DNA from: Eledone cirrhosa
Lineage: Eukaryota
Length of the DNA: 64,000 bases
Assembly: GCA_964016885.1 (NCBI GenBank)
Contig: OZ024741.1
Span: forward strand, 315,766,001-315,830,000
Reading direction: 5' to 3'
Shown here: in pieces, positions 1-13,807 of the stretch
Layout of the letters: every line of letters begins with the position of its first letter
Position numbering within the stretch: position 1 is the first letter of the stretch
Notes under the pieces: model-generated
Databases searched by the model: none
What the model was told of the DNA's origin: nothing
The model's input: the letters and a program-made list of their open reading frames with translations, nothing else
Translations under genes and position numbers: made by a program

Positions 1-10
1 CACATCAGAC

Positions 11-1270
11 GTGGGCAGAAGTATGGCCCCATTAAGAAGTGACGACTTCACACTCATCCCAAGCTATTGTGGCCAGAGACTCGTAAAGATCAGGGTGACC
101 CACGTTCCACCGGCCATCGAAATTCCCTGGCTAATAGCGGCCGTCCTCGCAGGCATCGAAGCCAACACAAAGATAATAGCAATAGCAAAAGAAAAGCAGG
201 AGAACTGGTCCGGATCTGGGATGGAGCTCCTGATCCAAGCGGACCAAAAAAGCATTGAGGAGATCCCAGAGGTAATAGACCTCACTGACGGCAGCCACCT
301 CACCGTAATTGTCGAGGGCAGAAGGCCTAGGTGTGTCGTTTGTGGTGAAGGAACCCACCTAAGGGCTTTCTGCCCTCAGGCTAAAAGGTTGAGGCCACCT
401 CTCCTACCCACCCCAGTGACACAACCATCAACACCACCAGTAGCAGAGATGACAGCAACAACTGTAGCAGCAACAACAGAAGCAACTATAACAGCAACAA
501 CCCCAGCAACAGTATCAAAACCAACACCACCACCACCAGCAAAACCAACACCACCACCACCCAACGCTTCAGAACTAGCACCAGCGCCTACACCATCCAC
601 CACGCCACAACCAAAACTAACGCCTGTGGAGGATTTTCCACTCCCCGGACTATCACAACTGGAGACAGATTGTGACGACGAGGAGTGGGAAACGGTATCA
701 GAAAAAAAAAAAAGAAATCAAAAAAGAAAAAATTCTCTTCCTTCCCCCTCCAAAAACAAAATACAGAGGGAAACAAATAAATTAACAAACAAAAAAGTTA
801 GGACAGATATGCCACCATCCACACCAGCATCACCAACCCCATCAACCCAAACACCAACACCATCACCATCATTAACCCCAACACCACCATCACCTACACC
901 ACAAAAGTCACCAAAATGCGAAACAGAAACAAACCCACAACAAACGCAAACAAAACAAAACAACCAAAACGATACACACTACACAGCATTAAATTTGAAC
1001 AACAAGCAGTTATTACACTACATCCAACACAACACCAGCATCACAGAAAAAGACTACACAACAACCCCAAAATTCACACCACCTCCACACATACAAATCA
1101 CTCGCATCACACAGAAAACGTACATGACACTAAAACAAAAATTCCCCAAAGACATCGGAGACTTCCGACAAGCACTCTCCAGGAGGATTTATAAGGACAT
1201 CCTTCCTGAGGAGGCCACAAGCAGTGAAAAGGATGGAAAAACCGTCCTTCCCCTACGAGAAGTAAGGTAA
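11..1270 (+). CDS. LINE ORF1 (gag-like nucleic-acid-binding protein), open but probably N-truncated by the window
   Basis: Zinc knuckle CVVCGEGTHLRAFC, Pro/Thr-rich linker, basic WETVSEKKKRNQKRK motif; lies immediately upstream of ORF2. Confidence 0.8.
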   Translation: MGRSMAPLRSDDFTLIPSYCGQRLVKIRVTHVPPAIEIPWLIAAVLAGIEANTKIIAIAKEKQENWSGSGMELLIQADQKSIEEIPEVIDLTDGSHLTVIVEGRRPRCVVCGEGTHLRAFCPQAKRLRPPLLPTPVTQPSTPPVAEMTATTVAATTEATITATTPATVSKPTPPPPAKPTPPPPNASELAPAPTPSTTPQPKLTPVEDFPLPGLSQLETDCDDEEWETVSEKKKRNQKRKNSLPSPSKNKIQRETNKLTNKKVRTDMPPSTPASPTPSTQTPTPSPSLTPTPPSPTPQKSPKCETETNPQQTQTKQNNQNDTHYTALNLNNKQLLHYIQHNTSITEKDYTTTPKFTPPPHIQITRITQKTYMTLKQKFPKDIGDFRQALSRRIYKDILPEEATSSEKDGKTVLPLREVR

Positions 1271-1304
1271 GTGGTCTTTCCCATCTTTTCCACTCCTTTT
1301 CAAC

Positions 1305-4300
1305 ATGACCTCACTCAGAATAGGCAGCATAAATGCGCGTGGCTTGGGGTCGTCATGGAAGCAGGGCCACCTGCTCAACGACCTCAGGTCACTAAACATA
1401 GATGTAGTGGCCATCAGCGAGACCAGAATCTCCGAAGCACGGGCCTTCGCACCAATCTTCGGCGGCTACGATGTGTATGCATCTCCCAGCCGTCCTGGAT
1501 CCGGGGGGGGGGGGGGGGTTGCTGTGCTTTTTCGGAGAGGTTTGGATCTTGCCATACGGGCCATCTTCCTGGACCCAGAAGGTAAGTTTGTGGTGCTTGA
1601 CGTGACCAGCGGAGACGGGCAAGCTTTCAGGTTAGTGGCCGTCTATGCCCCGACAGGAGCAGGGCGGCCTGATTTCTTCCGGCGTCTGGAGACCTTTCTT
1701 GGAACGTCCCGCTCTTTAGTGTTAGTGGGCGACTGGAACGGGATCTTAGATGCACGCTGGGACTGTGTGGGATTAGTGGATAGGGGAGGAGGGTGCAAGA
1801 GTCTCACCAACCTGCTCAGGCGTTTTGAACTGTCTGACAGGTACCGATTGGATTTCCCGAATGTACCAATGTGGACTTGAACAAATCGCATAGGGTTATC
1901 CAGATCATATCTAGATAGAGTATTTTGTAGGGAAATAGATAGGTCTAGCATAGGATGTCCACAATTCAAGATAGTCAGCTACACGGACCACAAATTCTTG
2001 ATCTGTGTGCTTGACTTAGATAGGCTTCATAGACAAGGACCCGGCTACTGGAAGCTAAACGCGTCCTTACCAGCGCGCAAGACCTACAGAGACCGGATTA
2101 GCGAACTAGTTAAGCGGGCGTTGACGGGGGCCATCGTCAACAACAAGTGGTGGTTTGCTCTGAAAAGAGCAATTAGAATAGAGTCGATTAGGTTTAGTAA
2201 GGCTTTAGCAATAGAGAAAAATAGAGCAGAGGGAGAATTAGTTAGAAAATTAGACGAGGTGCTTTGCAAAGGCATCGCGACCGACGTACTTGCGGCGAAA
2301 TTGGCCCTTGACCAATTCTTCAATGCAAAGGACGAAGGCTGCGTTGTCAGAGATAGGGTGCGTGCTCTCAGGCACGAGGGCGCGTCGTGGCAACACAGCC
2401 ACGATCCTGTCTTTGGTGGAACACGACGGGCGCAAGCTACTCGATCCCGGGAAAATGTGTGAAGCTTTTCAGCGACACTTCGCTCAGCTGTTCGGGGGCA
2501 GCGGTGGGCCGGATCGAGGGATGGACTTTAGTGTCTACCTCGACGGACTGCCGCGGCTCTCGGCCACTGAGGCGGAGTGTTGCGAAAAGCCGATAACAGC
2601 CACTGAAGTACGGGAAGCAATGACTAGCTGCACAAGGGGTAAATCGCCTGGTTTGGATGGTCTGCCCTATGAACTTTACGTACAAATGCCAGACTTGTTC
2701 GGAGGCCTCTTGGCGGACGTCTACTGCAACTGGCAACAGAACGGGAGAATTCCCAGCTCTGTGAGCCGAGGACGGTGGCGCTGCTGAGAAAGGATCCGAA
2801 CAAGGGGGATAACATAGATAATTTTAGGCCCATAACTCTGCTAAACACAGAGTTCAAGATTTTGGCCAAGGTGCTAGCAAAGAGGTTGGCATTTGTCGTT
2901 GGTGGTCTGGTGGGATAGGCGCAGACATGCGCCATTCCCGACAGATCCATCCACGACAACCTTCACCTCATGCGATACATCGTAGAGAGGGTAGCTAGGG
3001 AATCTGGCACGGGTGGGTCTTTGATAAATTTAGATCAGTCGAAAGCTTTCGAAAGGGTCGACCATCGTTACCTAGCGGCAGTCCTGAGGGCGGCTGGCTT
3101 TGGGCCCGTCTTCAGAGGCTGGTTCCCTGCCATGCACAGCGACATCTGCTCTGTGGTGAGAGTGAACGGTCACTTTTCGGAACCGTTCAACATCATGCGC
3201 TCGGTCCGCCAAGGATGTCCCCTCTCGTCCCTCTTGTACGTATTGACTCTCGATCCATTACTGCACAAACTGGAGACGTTGAGGGGGGTCCCACGCGAAC
3301 TAGGATGCGGAAGATCCGTGTCAGAATATGCGGATGATGTCACCGTAGTGGTGTCGAACGCCAAACACATCGAGGCGATCGGCACTACACTAAGAGAATA
3401 CGAAGCGGTGACAGGAGCAATGATCAACCAGGAAAAGTCAGTGGGCCTGCAGCTTGGCACCTGGAGAGGCAGGTCCATGCCGTCCAACAGCGTCGTCGGG
3501 CGCTGAACGGACGGACCGGTTAAATTGCTAGGGGTCTGGTTCGGTCCGGACCTCCAGACGGACAAAAACTGGGACGAGGTGACGAGCAGGGTGGCTTCTC
3601 TCACCCAGAAATGGGCGGAGAGGAAGCTATTCCTGAAAGGTCGAGCGGAGGTGGCTAACGCGTACATCGCGTCCGTCATCTACTACCGCCTGACCGTCAT
3701 ACCTTGTCCTAAGCCCCGCCTGACTGCGCTGGAGCGTTTGCTCTTTCGCTCTTTGTGGAAGGGACGCGCTCCGATGGGCGGGCGGTCCATCTGCTCTCAA
3801 CACCCGCTACGTGGAGGGCTGGGTATGCCGTGGCTGATGATGCGCAGACACGCGCTCAGGCTACGACATCTCCACCTCTTCCTCGACGATGATCAGGTGT
3901 GGTCGCCGTTTGTTAGACACGTCTTTCCCCAGCTCGTCTCCTTGACGGAGCTGCAGTCCTGGGTTAAGCGAAGACCGAGAGGGAGCGCTTGGAGACTGGA
4001 ATGTTTTCAGGCGCTCACAGCCCTCGACCAATCGGGCAATGTGATCGGTAGAAACTCCACCTTGGCGTTCTATAGAGGATTAGTGGAGGGGAAGTGCGAC
4101 GACGTACTTGGAGAAACTCTAGGCGTCGACGAAAATCAACTAGCCAATCTCTTTGGAAGAACTTTCGGGCCGGGGCCTATGGACAACTTCCAGAAATCCC
4201 TGGCCTGGCAGTGCTACCGGGGAGCTTTGCCAGTTCGGGATAAACTCTACAGGCATGGAGGTGCCGTCAGTCAGGCATGTCCGAGATGCGCGCAGGGCGA

Positions 4301-4694
4301 CGAAACCGTCCTGCACGCACTCGTCCAGTGTCCGAGCATTGCTGACTTGTGGGTTTATGTCGAACACCTGCTGTCACGTGTAGGACGGATCCAGCTATCA
4401 GCTGAGTCCATCGTGAGGATTGCCCCGCCCTCTTCCTTTATCCGGGAAGGGCAGGCAGTTTTTATCTGCCTGGTGGCCATGGCGAAAGAGATAGTATGGT
4501 GGACACGCTTGAAAGGGCTGAAGACGAGCACTTACTTCTTTGGTGATGCCCTGATTAACTTTTTCAAATTTCATTTGAAAAAGAAAATCAAGGTAGAGAG
4601 GGAAGTGCTCTCTTCCCAGCATTTTGTTGAAAGATGGGTGAGAGAAGCAAGTATGGCCCGAGGGAATGGGCCTACTCTGAGTATGTGTCTGTAA
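1305..4694 (+). pseudogene. LINE ORF2 (APE endonuclease + reverse transcriptase + zf-RVT), broken by stops and frameshifts
   Basis: IGSINARGL, ISET, VYAP, VGDWN (APE); GPGYWKLN, GKSPGLDGLP, DQSKAFERVDH, RQGCPLS, YADD (RT); CPRC...HALVQC; split across ORFs at 1305, 1998, 2290, 2970 and 3525. Confidence 0.92.
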
Positions 4695-4936
4695 ATTAAA
4701 GTTGGAAAACTGGGAGAGGGCACTTGCCCTGGTGGTCAGGGTCACTGTGGTCTTTTCATGGGCTTTCTCCACAAATGTCCCTCGGAAGTCTCCTCCCTTT
4801 TAGGTAATTTTTCATTGTTATTTTTATTACATCCTGTTTTTTTTACACGCAGAAATGCCCATTTGTACCGTCCTGTATTGTCCTGTACTGTCCTTAATGT
4901 CTACTTTATGTAAACCCTTGTGGTTAATAAAGAAAA

Positions 4937-4973
<37 letters not shown>

Positions 4974-5206
4974 TATTATATTTACATATATATATAGAGA
5001 GATAGTGAGAGCGAGAGATTGCAGACAGAATGAAGCCATACCAACCTCTTTCTATTTCTACGACATTCATTGGCACACAAGCATGATTCTCCTTTCCAAT
5101 GAATATCGTTTGTTTCTTTCATTATATGTGAACAATCATTGGCACACTATATATTGAGAATATAATTAGAACGCTGCCATCATTGAATAGCTATTTATCT
5201 TTCCCT

Positions 5207-5356
<150 letters not shown>

Positions 5357-5460
5357 CTATCTATCAAACAGAAAGTTATTTGTTACAATATATAGGACAT
5401 CTCAATGAAAAGACAACTAAAAAATTAAAAAATGTCTAGATCAGAGACGCATATATGTTA

Positions 5461-5544
<84 letters not shown>

Positions 5545-6149
5545 TAACATGCCAACGCCTCCATTTGGTAGAATATAAGGAAATCTAACTAATTCCAGAG
5601 GGCTGCTCTCACATCTAGTCCCTATCTTTTCATTTTGATGTTCAGTATATTAGTGACAAATAACTTTCTGTTAGATATTTACTACTCTCTAATTGTTGAG
5701 TTACTATAGATAGGTTATATGAGTGCTATTTCTAGCCTCATTACAAATCTGTCATATTGTCCTTGATATACAGATATCAGCGGCAACCATTCTGTATGCT
5801 AATGAGTTTAAACAGCTCATAAACATAACTGGAATTCTATAAGAATCCAGCTTCTAAAACTCTCGGCAGATGCGAAGGTGTATTTAGTCTTGACAACCAC
5901 TTACAAATGAGAAATGGTGACCGTCAATTACTCCGCCTTTCGTTTTCTGTGACTAGGTATCAGTCACTACTTTAAAATTCATAGCGGATGGACTTCAAAA
6001 TGTTTTAAAATAAACATACGGTATATTATTAAATATACTATACGTACAATTTCAGAGCACCAATACTAATATATATATATATATATGAAAATGTTTAACC
6101 GCAACGGCAGAGCTCAAGCCGTTTCGACGGCTATTTCTGGACTAAATTA

Positions 6150-6207
<58 letters not shown>

Positions 6208-7528
6208 GGGCGGAAGAAAGAGAGAAGGATTTGAGTGAGGAGGATAGTGGGAGGATTGTAAGGAAATATTTTTCAAACTTGTTATGTAAAATGGATATTT
6301 TAAAAAACCGAATTGAAAGATGCATTGCCGTATATAAACTGCATTGAGGTGAATATATTTTTGGATTTCAAATTACCCAATGCTTCGTTAGCCAACAAAA
6401 TTTTGTTTGCACTTCTTTCTATTCGGTTAAATATTTTCAATATAAAGATGGCCCTTTTTGTATAACGGTTAAATGTGCTCTCCCCACATTCGAGAAATAC
6501 GTGGTTCGATTCGCTGCAGGCACCTTTGTCCAATTTTTTTCAGTCTCCATGGTTACATTAGTGATTTATTCAAATATCATTTATAGTTATCAGCATTGTG
6601 GTGACTATACAAATTCTAATTTCCTAATGCCTCGTAAATGTTTGTTTTATGTGTTCATCTAATATACACATTATGTATATATTGACTAAAATCCATTAAA
6701 CTGTTTATAGAATCAATATATTTGTAGATTGTTTCGTAAAGCCGGGAGCTTTAGCAAAACTTCGAATTTAACAGTCACTACTTTACTTTGTATTAAAGCA
6801 ACATAACTCTAATGCTTTTAAAATATTCTTAAATGCAGATATTTCCGTATTACTGCAATGGTCTCGCCGTAAGAAATATTTTTATTTTTGGTCATTGATG
6901 AAGATATTTGCAAATTGTGTGTTTATGTGTTTGTTTCAATGGTAAAGATATCAGTGTTTTTAAAATGGCTATTATTATAATATTTAAAATAGATCTGGCA
7001 TATTATTCATGATAAAAGATAACTGTAATTTGAGATAATTTAAATTGTGCGGATGATACATATATCTCGATAATATATATATCTTTTAAAATTCATAATA
7101 AGGTGTTGGTTAACTGCTATTGTTTGTTTGTGTGTATATGTGTGTAGTTAAGTGTACGGAAATAAATTCTTTATTTAAATTATGGTGTGAGAAAATAGAA
7201 AAAAGTCGACATTGCATAATCTATGTAATTATAAGATTCTAGAGATGAAATCTCACCAGAAAACTCGGATAATGTAAAAGATCTTAAGTAGGAAGTCTTA
7301 AAAGAAAGGAGAGACAGGATGAAGTAATAAGGTAACACATGGTAGACTTGATGGCGTGTAGTAGAGATGCATTATCATAACATTTAGAATAAACATAATA
7401 ATAAGATAAGAATAAAGTTAGAATTTATTTAAGCATTGATATGTGGTTTATTTGTTCTTAGGATATACGTGCATGAAAATTGTTACATAATTTATTTCCT
7501 TATGAATAACTAAGTAGTTTGTGATTAA

Positions 7529-7757
7529 CCCTTTCGTCACCTTATTTTTAACGTATGACACTCTCCCTTATGATGTTCAAATAACTAATGAAATAATCAT
7601 TAATTTGGAAGAATTTAGTAATATAACAAACTATTTCATTATTAAGCTTGTGTTTGGAACGAAACAAATAATGTCTTTAGGTTGATATAAACACTTTAAA
7701 ATAAACAGCTTTGTATCATAGAACCGAGGAGTTTCGGGCGATTTGATGTGAAAAGTG
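7529..7757. mobile_element. piggyBac-type MITE (TTAA-flanked); related decayed copy at about 57348-57552
   Basis: TTAA|CCCTTTCG...GAAAAGTG|TTAA termini; internal similarity (TTAAGCT.GTGTTT.G, TAGAACC.AGG) to 57348-57552. Confidence 0.55.
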
Positions 7758-8379
7758 TTAATTGAAGTGTTCTGTTAAAGCATAAGGAAAACTGGTATTA
7801 CAGTTGATGTGAAGAGAAACGTGAGAATAGTGTAAGTAGACAACTATTGATATGGATGCTAATGTGATTGTCCAACTTATACTCAGATGAAAGATGCTTA
7901 GGTCATCGATTTAATATTGAAATAAGTCATTAAGGTGTAGGAAAAAGCAAAGATTGATTTTTTTCTAAAAACAATATAAACACATCATGAGGTGTTATAA
8001 GGGACTTAATTACTGTTACCACAATGGTTCTCTATCTCCTTCTCTCATCACCTATGCTGTGTCCAATTCACACCCAACCCGCACTAACCAGTGCAAGTCC
8101 TTCTTCCCCAGAAATTAATCCCTCTGAAACTCCAAAAGAAAAGGTCTGCAACAGTTTAAACTGCCCCTCAATGGTATCGATCTCATCCGTCCCGAAAAGA
8201 CTTGTGAAGGCCATGGGCCCTGTCCTTTCCTCCAGACCTACCAAATAAAAATGTACATCTTACTGGACCCAGCAACATTGAATGGTTAAGAAGATTGCAG
8301 CTCGTGTGTTTTAAAATACAGAGTAAAGATGGTCTGTCTGGTGAGAGAAATGTAGATGATTTGGAAGATAATGCAATTA

Positions 8380-11300
8380 ATGAAAACATGAAAAGTGAAT
8401 AGAAGACAACGTACGACAGAACAAAGGCAATTTTACAGGAGGACAATAGGAATCAACCTAAAGAAGGTAGATCAATGCAAGCTGAACCAAGAAACATATA
8501 TTCTGAAATACATCAAAACAAATAACATCACAAGAACAAATGACCTGATAAAGCCAGCAAGTATTGTTATAGCCTAAAAGATGGGTGTAGATGTCAAGAC
8601 AAAGAAAAACAATAAGGGAGACAAAAGAAGAGCCATGGTAGAAAAGGAGAATACTGGCCAGTATAGATACCGTCTTGAAGGATATTTCTATCTTAGTTTG
8701 AAAAGAGAAGGGGGACTGAGAAATGAAAATAATACGGAGCACTGGAACGAAAATAAGGCATTGAAAGAAAAGGCCTAAAAGTAGAAATGGAGGAACGCAA
8801 ACAACGTCTCATGGAAAAGAAAGCAAATATAGCTAGATACAAACAACGAATAAAGCAATAACAGCAAAATAGACTATTGAGAGTAGACCAAAAGAGATTT
8901 CACCGAGAAATAAATGGAGAGTGTACAGATGAAGTGATTATAGTGATTATACAGGATAACATTGAAAGTCAAAAGATTTGGAATAAAGAGAAGGAACACA
9001 AGGAGGATGCTGAATGGTTAGAAGAACTTAAACAAACAACAGTTTGCCCACAACAAGCAGAACTATTCATTTCAACTAGGGTCATGGAGGGAGCCAGAAA
9101 AAAGGTGAGCAACTGAAAGTCTACTGGACTAGATGAAGTTCAAGGCTGCTGGATCAAAAGATTAAGTCAATGACATGAACGAATAACAGAACAACTCAAC
9201 ACATTGCTAAATGCTGATCAAGCGATACTGAAGTGGCTGACAAAGGGCATTACAGGTTTGTGCTTAAAAGATATATCACTAAATCGAATGCGGTAGACAA
9301 CTCATCCCGATAACATGCCTACCTCCTATGTAAAAATTATTGACTGGAATAATTGGAGAATCAATGTGTGGGAATCTTGAAGATGAGTAAAAAGAGTGTA
9401 AGCGTAAGTGCAGAGGTACAAAGTACAAGCTTTTGATAAATAGGTGGAACTGGCTGGTCAAGTGCTTGAGGCTTTTGCATCCCTGCTCCTATCAGCTACT
9501 CCCATAGACTCCTAGCATGCGTCCAAGATGCCGTTCCAGGCGCCCACTAACACTAAATGGCGAAACGTTCCTCTAAAGGCTACTAGACACCTGAAGAAAT
9601 CCGGCAGTCCAGCCTCGGTCGGGGCGTAAACGGCTACCAGTCTAAAGGCACTACCTATTGCTCACCCCCAGGACCACCAACTTACGAAAACAAAACAGAG
9701 TAAGGCAAAAGAACCATGGTGGAAATGCCGCATTGAAAACGACAAAAAATGGAGAAACATAAAAACGAGCGATCGATAAACATTAGACAAGAAAAATAAT
9801 ATACAGAAGAATGGATTCGATACAGTAGTGGAACACTTAAAGCAGAGGATTTTATCGCAACGTTAGAAGATAAAAAGATGTGTGAACAGAAATAAGCAGT
9901 TTGAGAATAGATTGTTCCAAAATAATCCAAAATAATTCTTCCACACTTTTGAAAGAAACAATTGTAAGGATGTTGCTCCTAATGCTAACCAGGCCAAAGA
10001 GTTCTGGAACGGGATATGAAGAAACATTATAAAATATAGAAGTGATGCCGAGGGGTTAAAAACTATCAAGCCAGATTTCCAAGGAGGAAATAGACAGAGA
10101 CATTACCGTAAGTTGATGTCAAGTGGTTAATATACAATACTGGAAAGCTCCGCTCCAGATTAGATCCAAATCTTTTTGTTGAAGAAATGCAATGTGGCAA
10201 CTCAATTGAATGAATGTGTCCAAGGTGGTGCAGTTCCCTCGTGGATGATAACGAGAAAAACAACGCTTATAATATAAGAAAATGATGCGAGGAAACTACC
10301 GTCGTATAACATACCGGAACATTTGCAAGGTCCTCACTGAAATATCTGCGGAGAAGCCATATAACTTTCTTTTACAGGAAGGTATATTACCAAAGTAACA
10401 AAAGGTTTGTAGATGATCTCGGGGTACCACATATCACCTGCTGATCGATAAGTCAATTTAGTGGCATTGTAAAAGACATCATGCCTGCATGACTGTGGTC
10501 AGGATTGACTTTAAGAAAGTATATATGTGCCTCATTCTTGGATTATTGAATGCTAGAATGGAAGACCATGTTGTACTCGAGCAATATATTCTTTGGAAAG
10601 GTAGAAATTAAAGGGGTATCGGTATGGAATTTAGGATCTTCAATTGCTCTGTGCTCAATGTGGAAAGAGAGAAAAAAGCAGCCCGTAGTAGATTAAGGCT
10701 GCCATCAGGAAAACAAATAGGAAAACCGGAAGATAGTGGATACAAGTATTTGGTTATTTTGACAATTGGCATGCAGAATTGAATGAAAAGGTTAGAGAGT
10801 CATTAAAAATGATATTAATACTCAACCTGAATGTCAAAAATCTAGTTACTGCAATGAATATCTGGGCAGTTACAGTGGTTAGATATAGTGTGACAATTCT
10901 CAGATGGACTGAAGCAGAAATAGCAACTTGGATAAAAAGGCGAGAAGATTAATTAAATGGATCTTTACAACAGATTGTAAACAAATAGAAAGAATGGAGG
11001 TAGAGATCTCATCAGTGTGAATTATTGTATAAGTAGTAAAAAGAGAACGCTTGCAGACTATTTGATAAACCATGACGAAGAGTTATTGCAATATGCAGCA
11101 TAATATATGGCTATAAACACCGATGAAATGGTTGGTAAAGGATTGTTTAAACTGAGAGTTGAAAAAAAGCGAAAAGATCTAGAAATGAGAATGCATGGGC
11201 AGTTTGAAATAGATATCAAGGATAAAACAACATCATGGACGTGGTTTAAGCAAGGTGATTTGAAACGTACTAATGAAAGACTTATAATTGCAACCTAAGA

Positions 11301-11470
11301 CTAAGTTCTTCTACCATTTCGGTGAAGTATAACATCTACAAAACTTCTGGCACCCAGAAATACAGACTCTGTGGAAGGAATGTGAAAAATGTAAGGTACT
11401 TGGTATGACTGTTATGTCATAAATACCAATACGATGTAATAGTGAATTGGTATGTGTATATGCCTTTGGG
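8380..11470 (+). mobile_element. Decayed R4/Dong-like non-LTR retrotransposon (at least two fused fragments)
   Basis: Broken RT-region motifs (DQKRFHRE, PITCLPP, IDFKKVY..VPHSWIIECL, GYKYLG) and MHGQF...SWTWFKQGDLKRTNERLIIA...RLCG; the N-terminal region recurs after a GC-richer block at 9460-9680. Confidence 0.7.
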
Positions 11471-12181
11471 AGGGCATTATAAGAAAATATTGTAGTATAT
11501 TATATAAAATATAATACGTTTAGTAGACAAATATTGTTGTATAAGCATTGTGTTGTTTTCGCGTAGCTTCATGTTATATAGGGTAGATGAAAAAGTAAGA
11601 GAAGAAAATGAAGAGAATTTGAAATGTATGATGGTTAGAAAATAATAATTATGAAGCATGATATAAGATAAAGCTTAAAAGTAAGGGGAAAATAAGGTAG
11701 AAAGGCCGAAATCTGGGTGGGAGGAAGGAGCAGAAATATTAGGCATATTTGGTAGAAGGATAATCCATATGGAATAACGCTAGAATATAAAACAACTGAA
11801 AGAATCAAAGTATACGCTCGGAGTTGTCTTAACAGAATTACAGGCTTAACAGCATTACCAGGCAGCGCAATCTTGGTTGCACTACATATGCAAGCACAGC
11901 ATGCATAGACTAGCTTTGGGGCCCTAACCCGGAAGACTCCAATCAAAACGATGCAGTATGGCCACAACACACACAACCATAACATACATATTCACATTGG
12001 ACCCTTAGAGCCGGTTGGTAGACGACCTCTTCAGAAGACCTAGCGTAAAGATAGAACACTACATGAGAGCCGTTATAATTAGGCTGTTTCATGACAGAAG
12101 GACATTAAGCCTACAACCATAACATGTTAGGATAAACATTCCTAATTTAGACCGTCTAACTGTCCTACGCGATAATGGAAA

Positions 12182-13010
12182 TCTGTATATCTAAAACAGA
12201 GAATGCCTGTCTGCCCCCCTAAAACTCGAGAACCACCCAGCGGGTTTGTTTTCAAACTTTACACATGTAATACTTATGGTCGTGTGAGTGTTTTCTGCCC
12301 TAGGGACCACATTACGCGAAAAACCGCATTCATTTAGGCTTTAAAGGCTTTTTTGAGACATAACGGAACAATAATCCAGGAGATTTCTTCAAAATTTGCA
12401 TTACTTATGTCGTTTAAAGTGTTCTGTGCAAAAACGATTTCCTCATTTTTTGCCCCAGGGACCGCATTGGGCGAAAAACCGATTTTTTGAAGCATTCTGG
12501 TTGCGTTAGGGCCTGTAACTCGAGTGATACCCAACTGATTTTTTTTTAAACTTTGCATATGCATTACTTAAGTTTCACTAATTTTCGTGACTGAAAAAGA
12601 TTTCAAATATTTGGCCGGGGACCGCATTGTTTAGCATTTTGGTTGCGTTAGGACCTTAAAAGTATCCAACTAAATTCCTTCATGCTCTCCACCACTGCAG
12701 TCCCACATGCTTACTGCTCTGTAACTATTGCTTTCATTGTACCATAGCACAACAAATACATGTTCGCTTTGTCGAATACCTTTTTACTGAACCCTATCGT
12801 TTTGGCTTTCGTGGGTTGAACATTTTACTCTCAGGCACCCAATTAAGTCAAACCCCTGGTAATCTACGACGAAATTTATTTTATAAGCACAAAATGTAGA
12901 CACCATCCCCACGCCAAGGTATTCCGAACTTCTCTGTACTGTTTCAGAAAGAGGGATAAACATGCCAATCTAGGTTTAGAATCCCGAGAAACGCCGGGAC
13001 ATTCTGCTAG
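12182..13010 (+). mobile_element. Non-autonomous Helitron
   Basis: 5' A|TCTGTATATCTAAAA; 3' hairpin TCCCG-agaaacgc-CGGGA (12982-12999) then CTAG|T; internal repeats GGGACC(A/G)CATT. Confidence 0.75.
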
Positions 13011-13164
13011 TAAACACTAAAAGCCAGTTATTAAGCAGTGTAGTTAGCTTGATGTGTATGAGATCAGTCATACATACATATACGCACATATATATACACA
13101 CACATATATATATATATATATACATATAGTATATATGTGTGTTAGTGTTTGTCTGTGTGTGTGA

Positions 13165-13385
13165 CGGGGGTGTTCAACAATGAAAATAAAACAAAAGTCA
13201 GAGATAGGTAGCTAATTAGTTCATTGTTTTACGATCATTTCTGGGAGATGATTGATCGTGGAGGATCGATATCTCGATATATCATTCTACCACGAACAAT
13301 TAACTCTCTGAAACGATCGTAAAACAATGAACTAATTACCTACCTATCTCTGACTGTTGCTTTATTTTCATTGTCCAATACACAT
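13165..13385. repeat. Diverged fold-back palindrome (about 100-bp arms) with a hammerhead-like 3' half
   Basis: caatgaaaataaa..agtcagagataggtag.taattagttcattgttttacgatc mirrored at about 13312-13373; contains GAAACGATCGTA. Confidence 0.8.
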
Positions 13386-13423
13386 ACACAGACACACGCA
13401 CATACACACACAAACATTCACAA

Positions 13424-13487
<64 letters not shown>

Positions 13488-13714
13488 GTATGAGATCCTT
13501 GGTACAGTTAGGTATATTTGGAAAAAAGAGGAAAAGAAAGACTTCACTTGTGTTAAAAAATGTTTGATTTAATTTTATAATATTATAATATTATGAGTTG
13601 ATAGATCTAGTAAGTTCTTTGTTAACTTCGGTGGGAAGAATTTTAAAGATTCCTGGTTAACTTGGATTGGAGAACTTTCTCACATTCGTCTGTGGCGATT
13701 ATCAAACTGAGATG

Positions 13715-13798
<84 letters not shown>

Positions 13799-13807
13799 AT
13801 ATATATA

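Larger units (their letters stand above)
1..4975 (+). mobile_element. Tx1-clade (L1 group) non-LTR retrotransposon, near full length; 5' end runs off the window
   Basis: ORF1 with CCHC knuckle followed by ORF2 with APE, RT and C-terminal zinc motif; 3' UTR with AATAAA near 4926 and (TTA)n tail at about 4938-4975. Confidence 0.9.

Noticed and set aside
6445-6525. tRNA gene
   Set aside because: Box B (GGTTCGATTC) is present, but there is no convincing cloverleaf; probably a SINE head remnant
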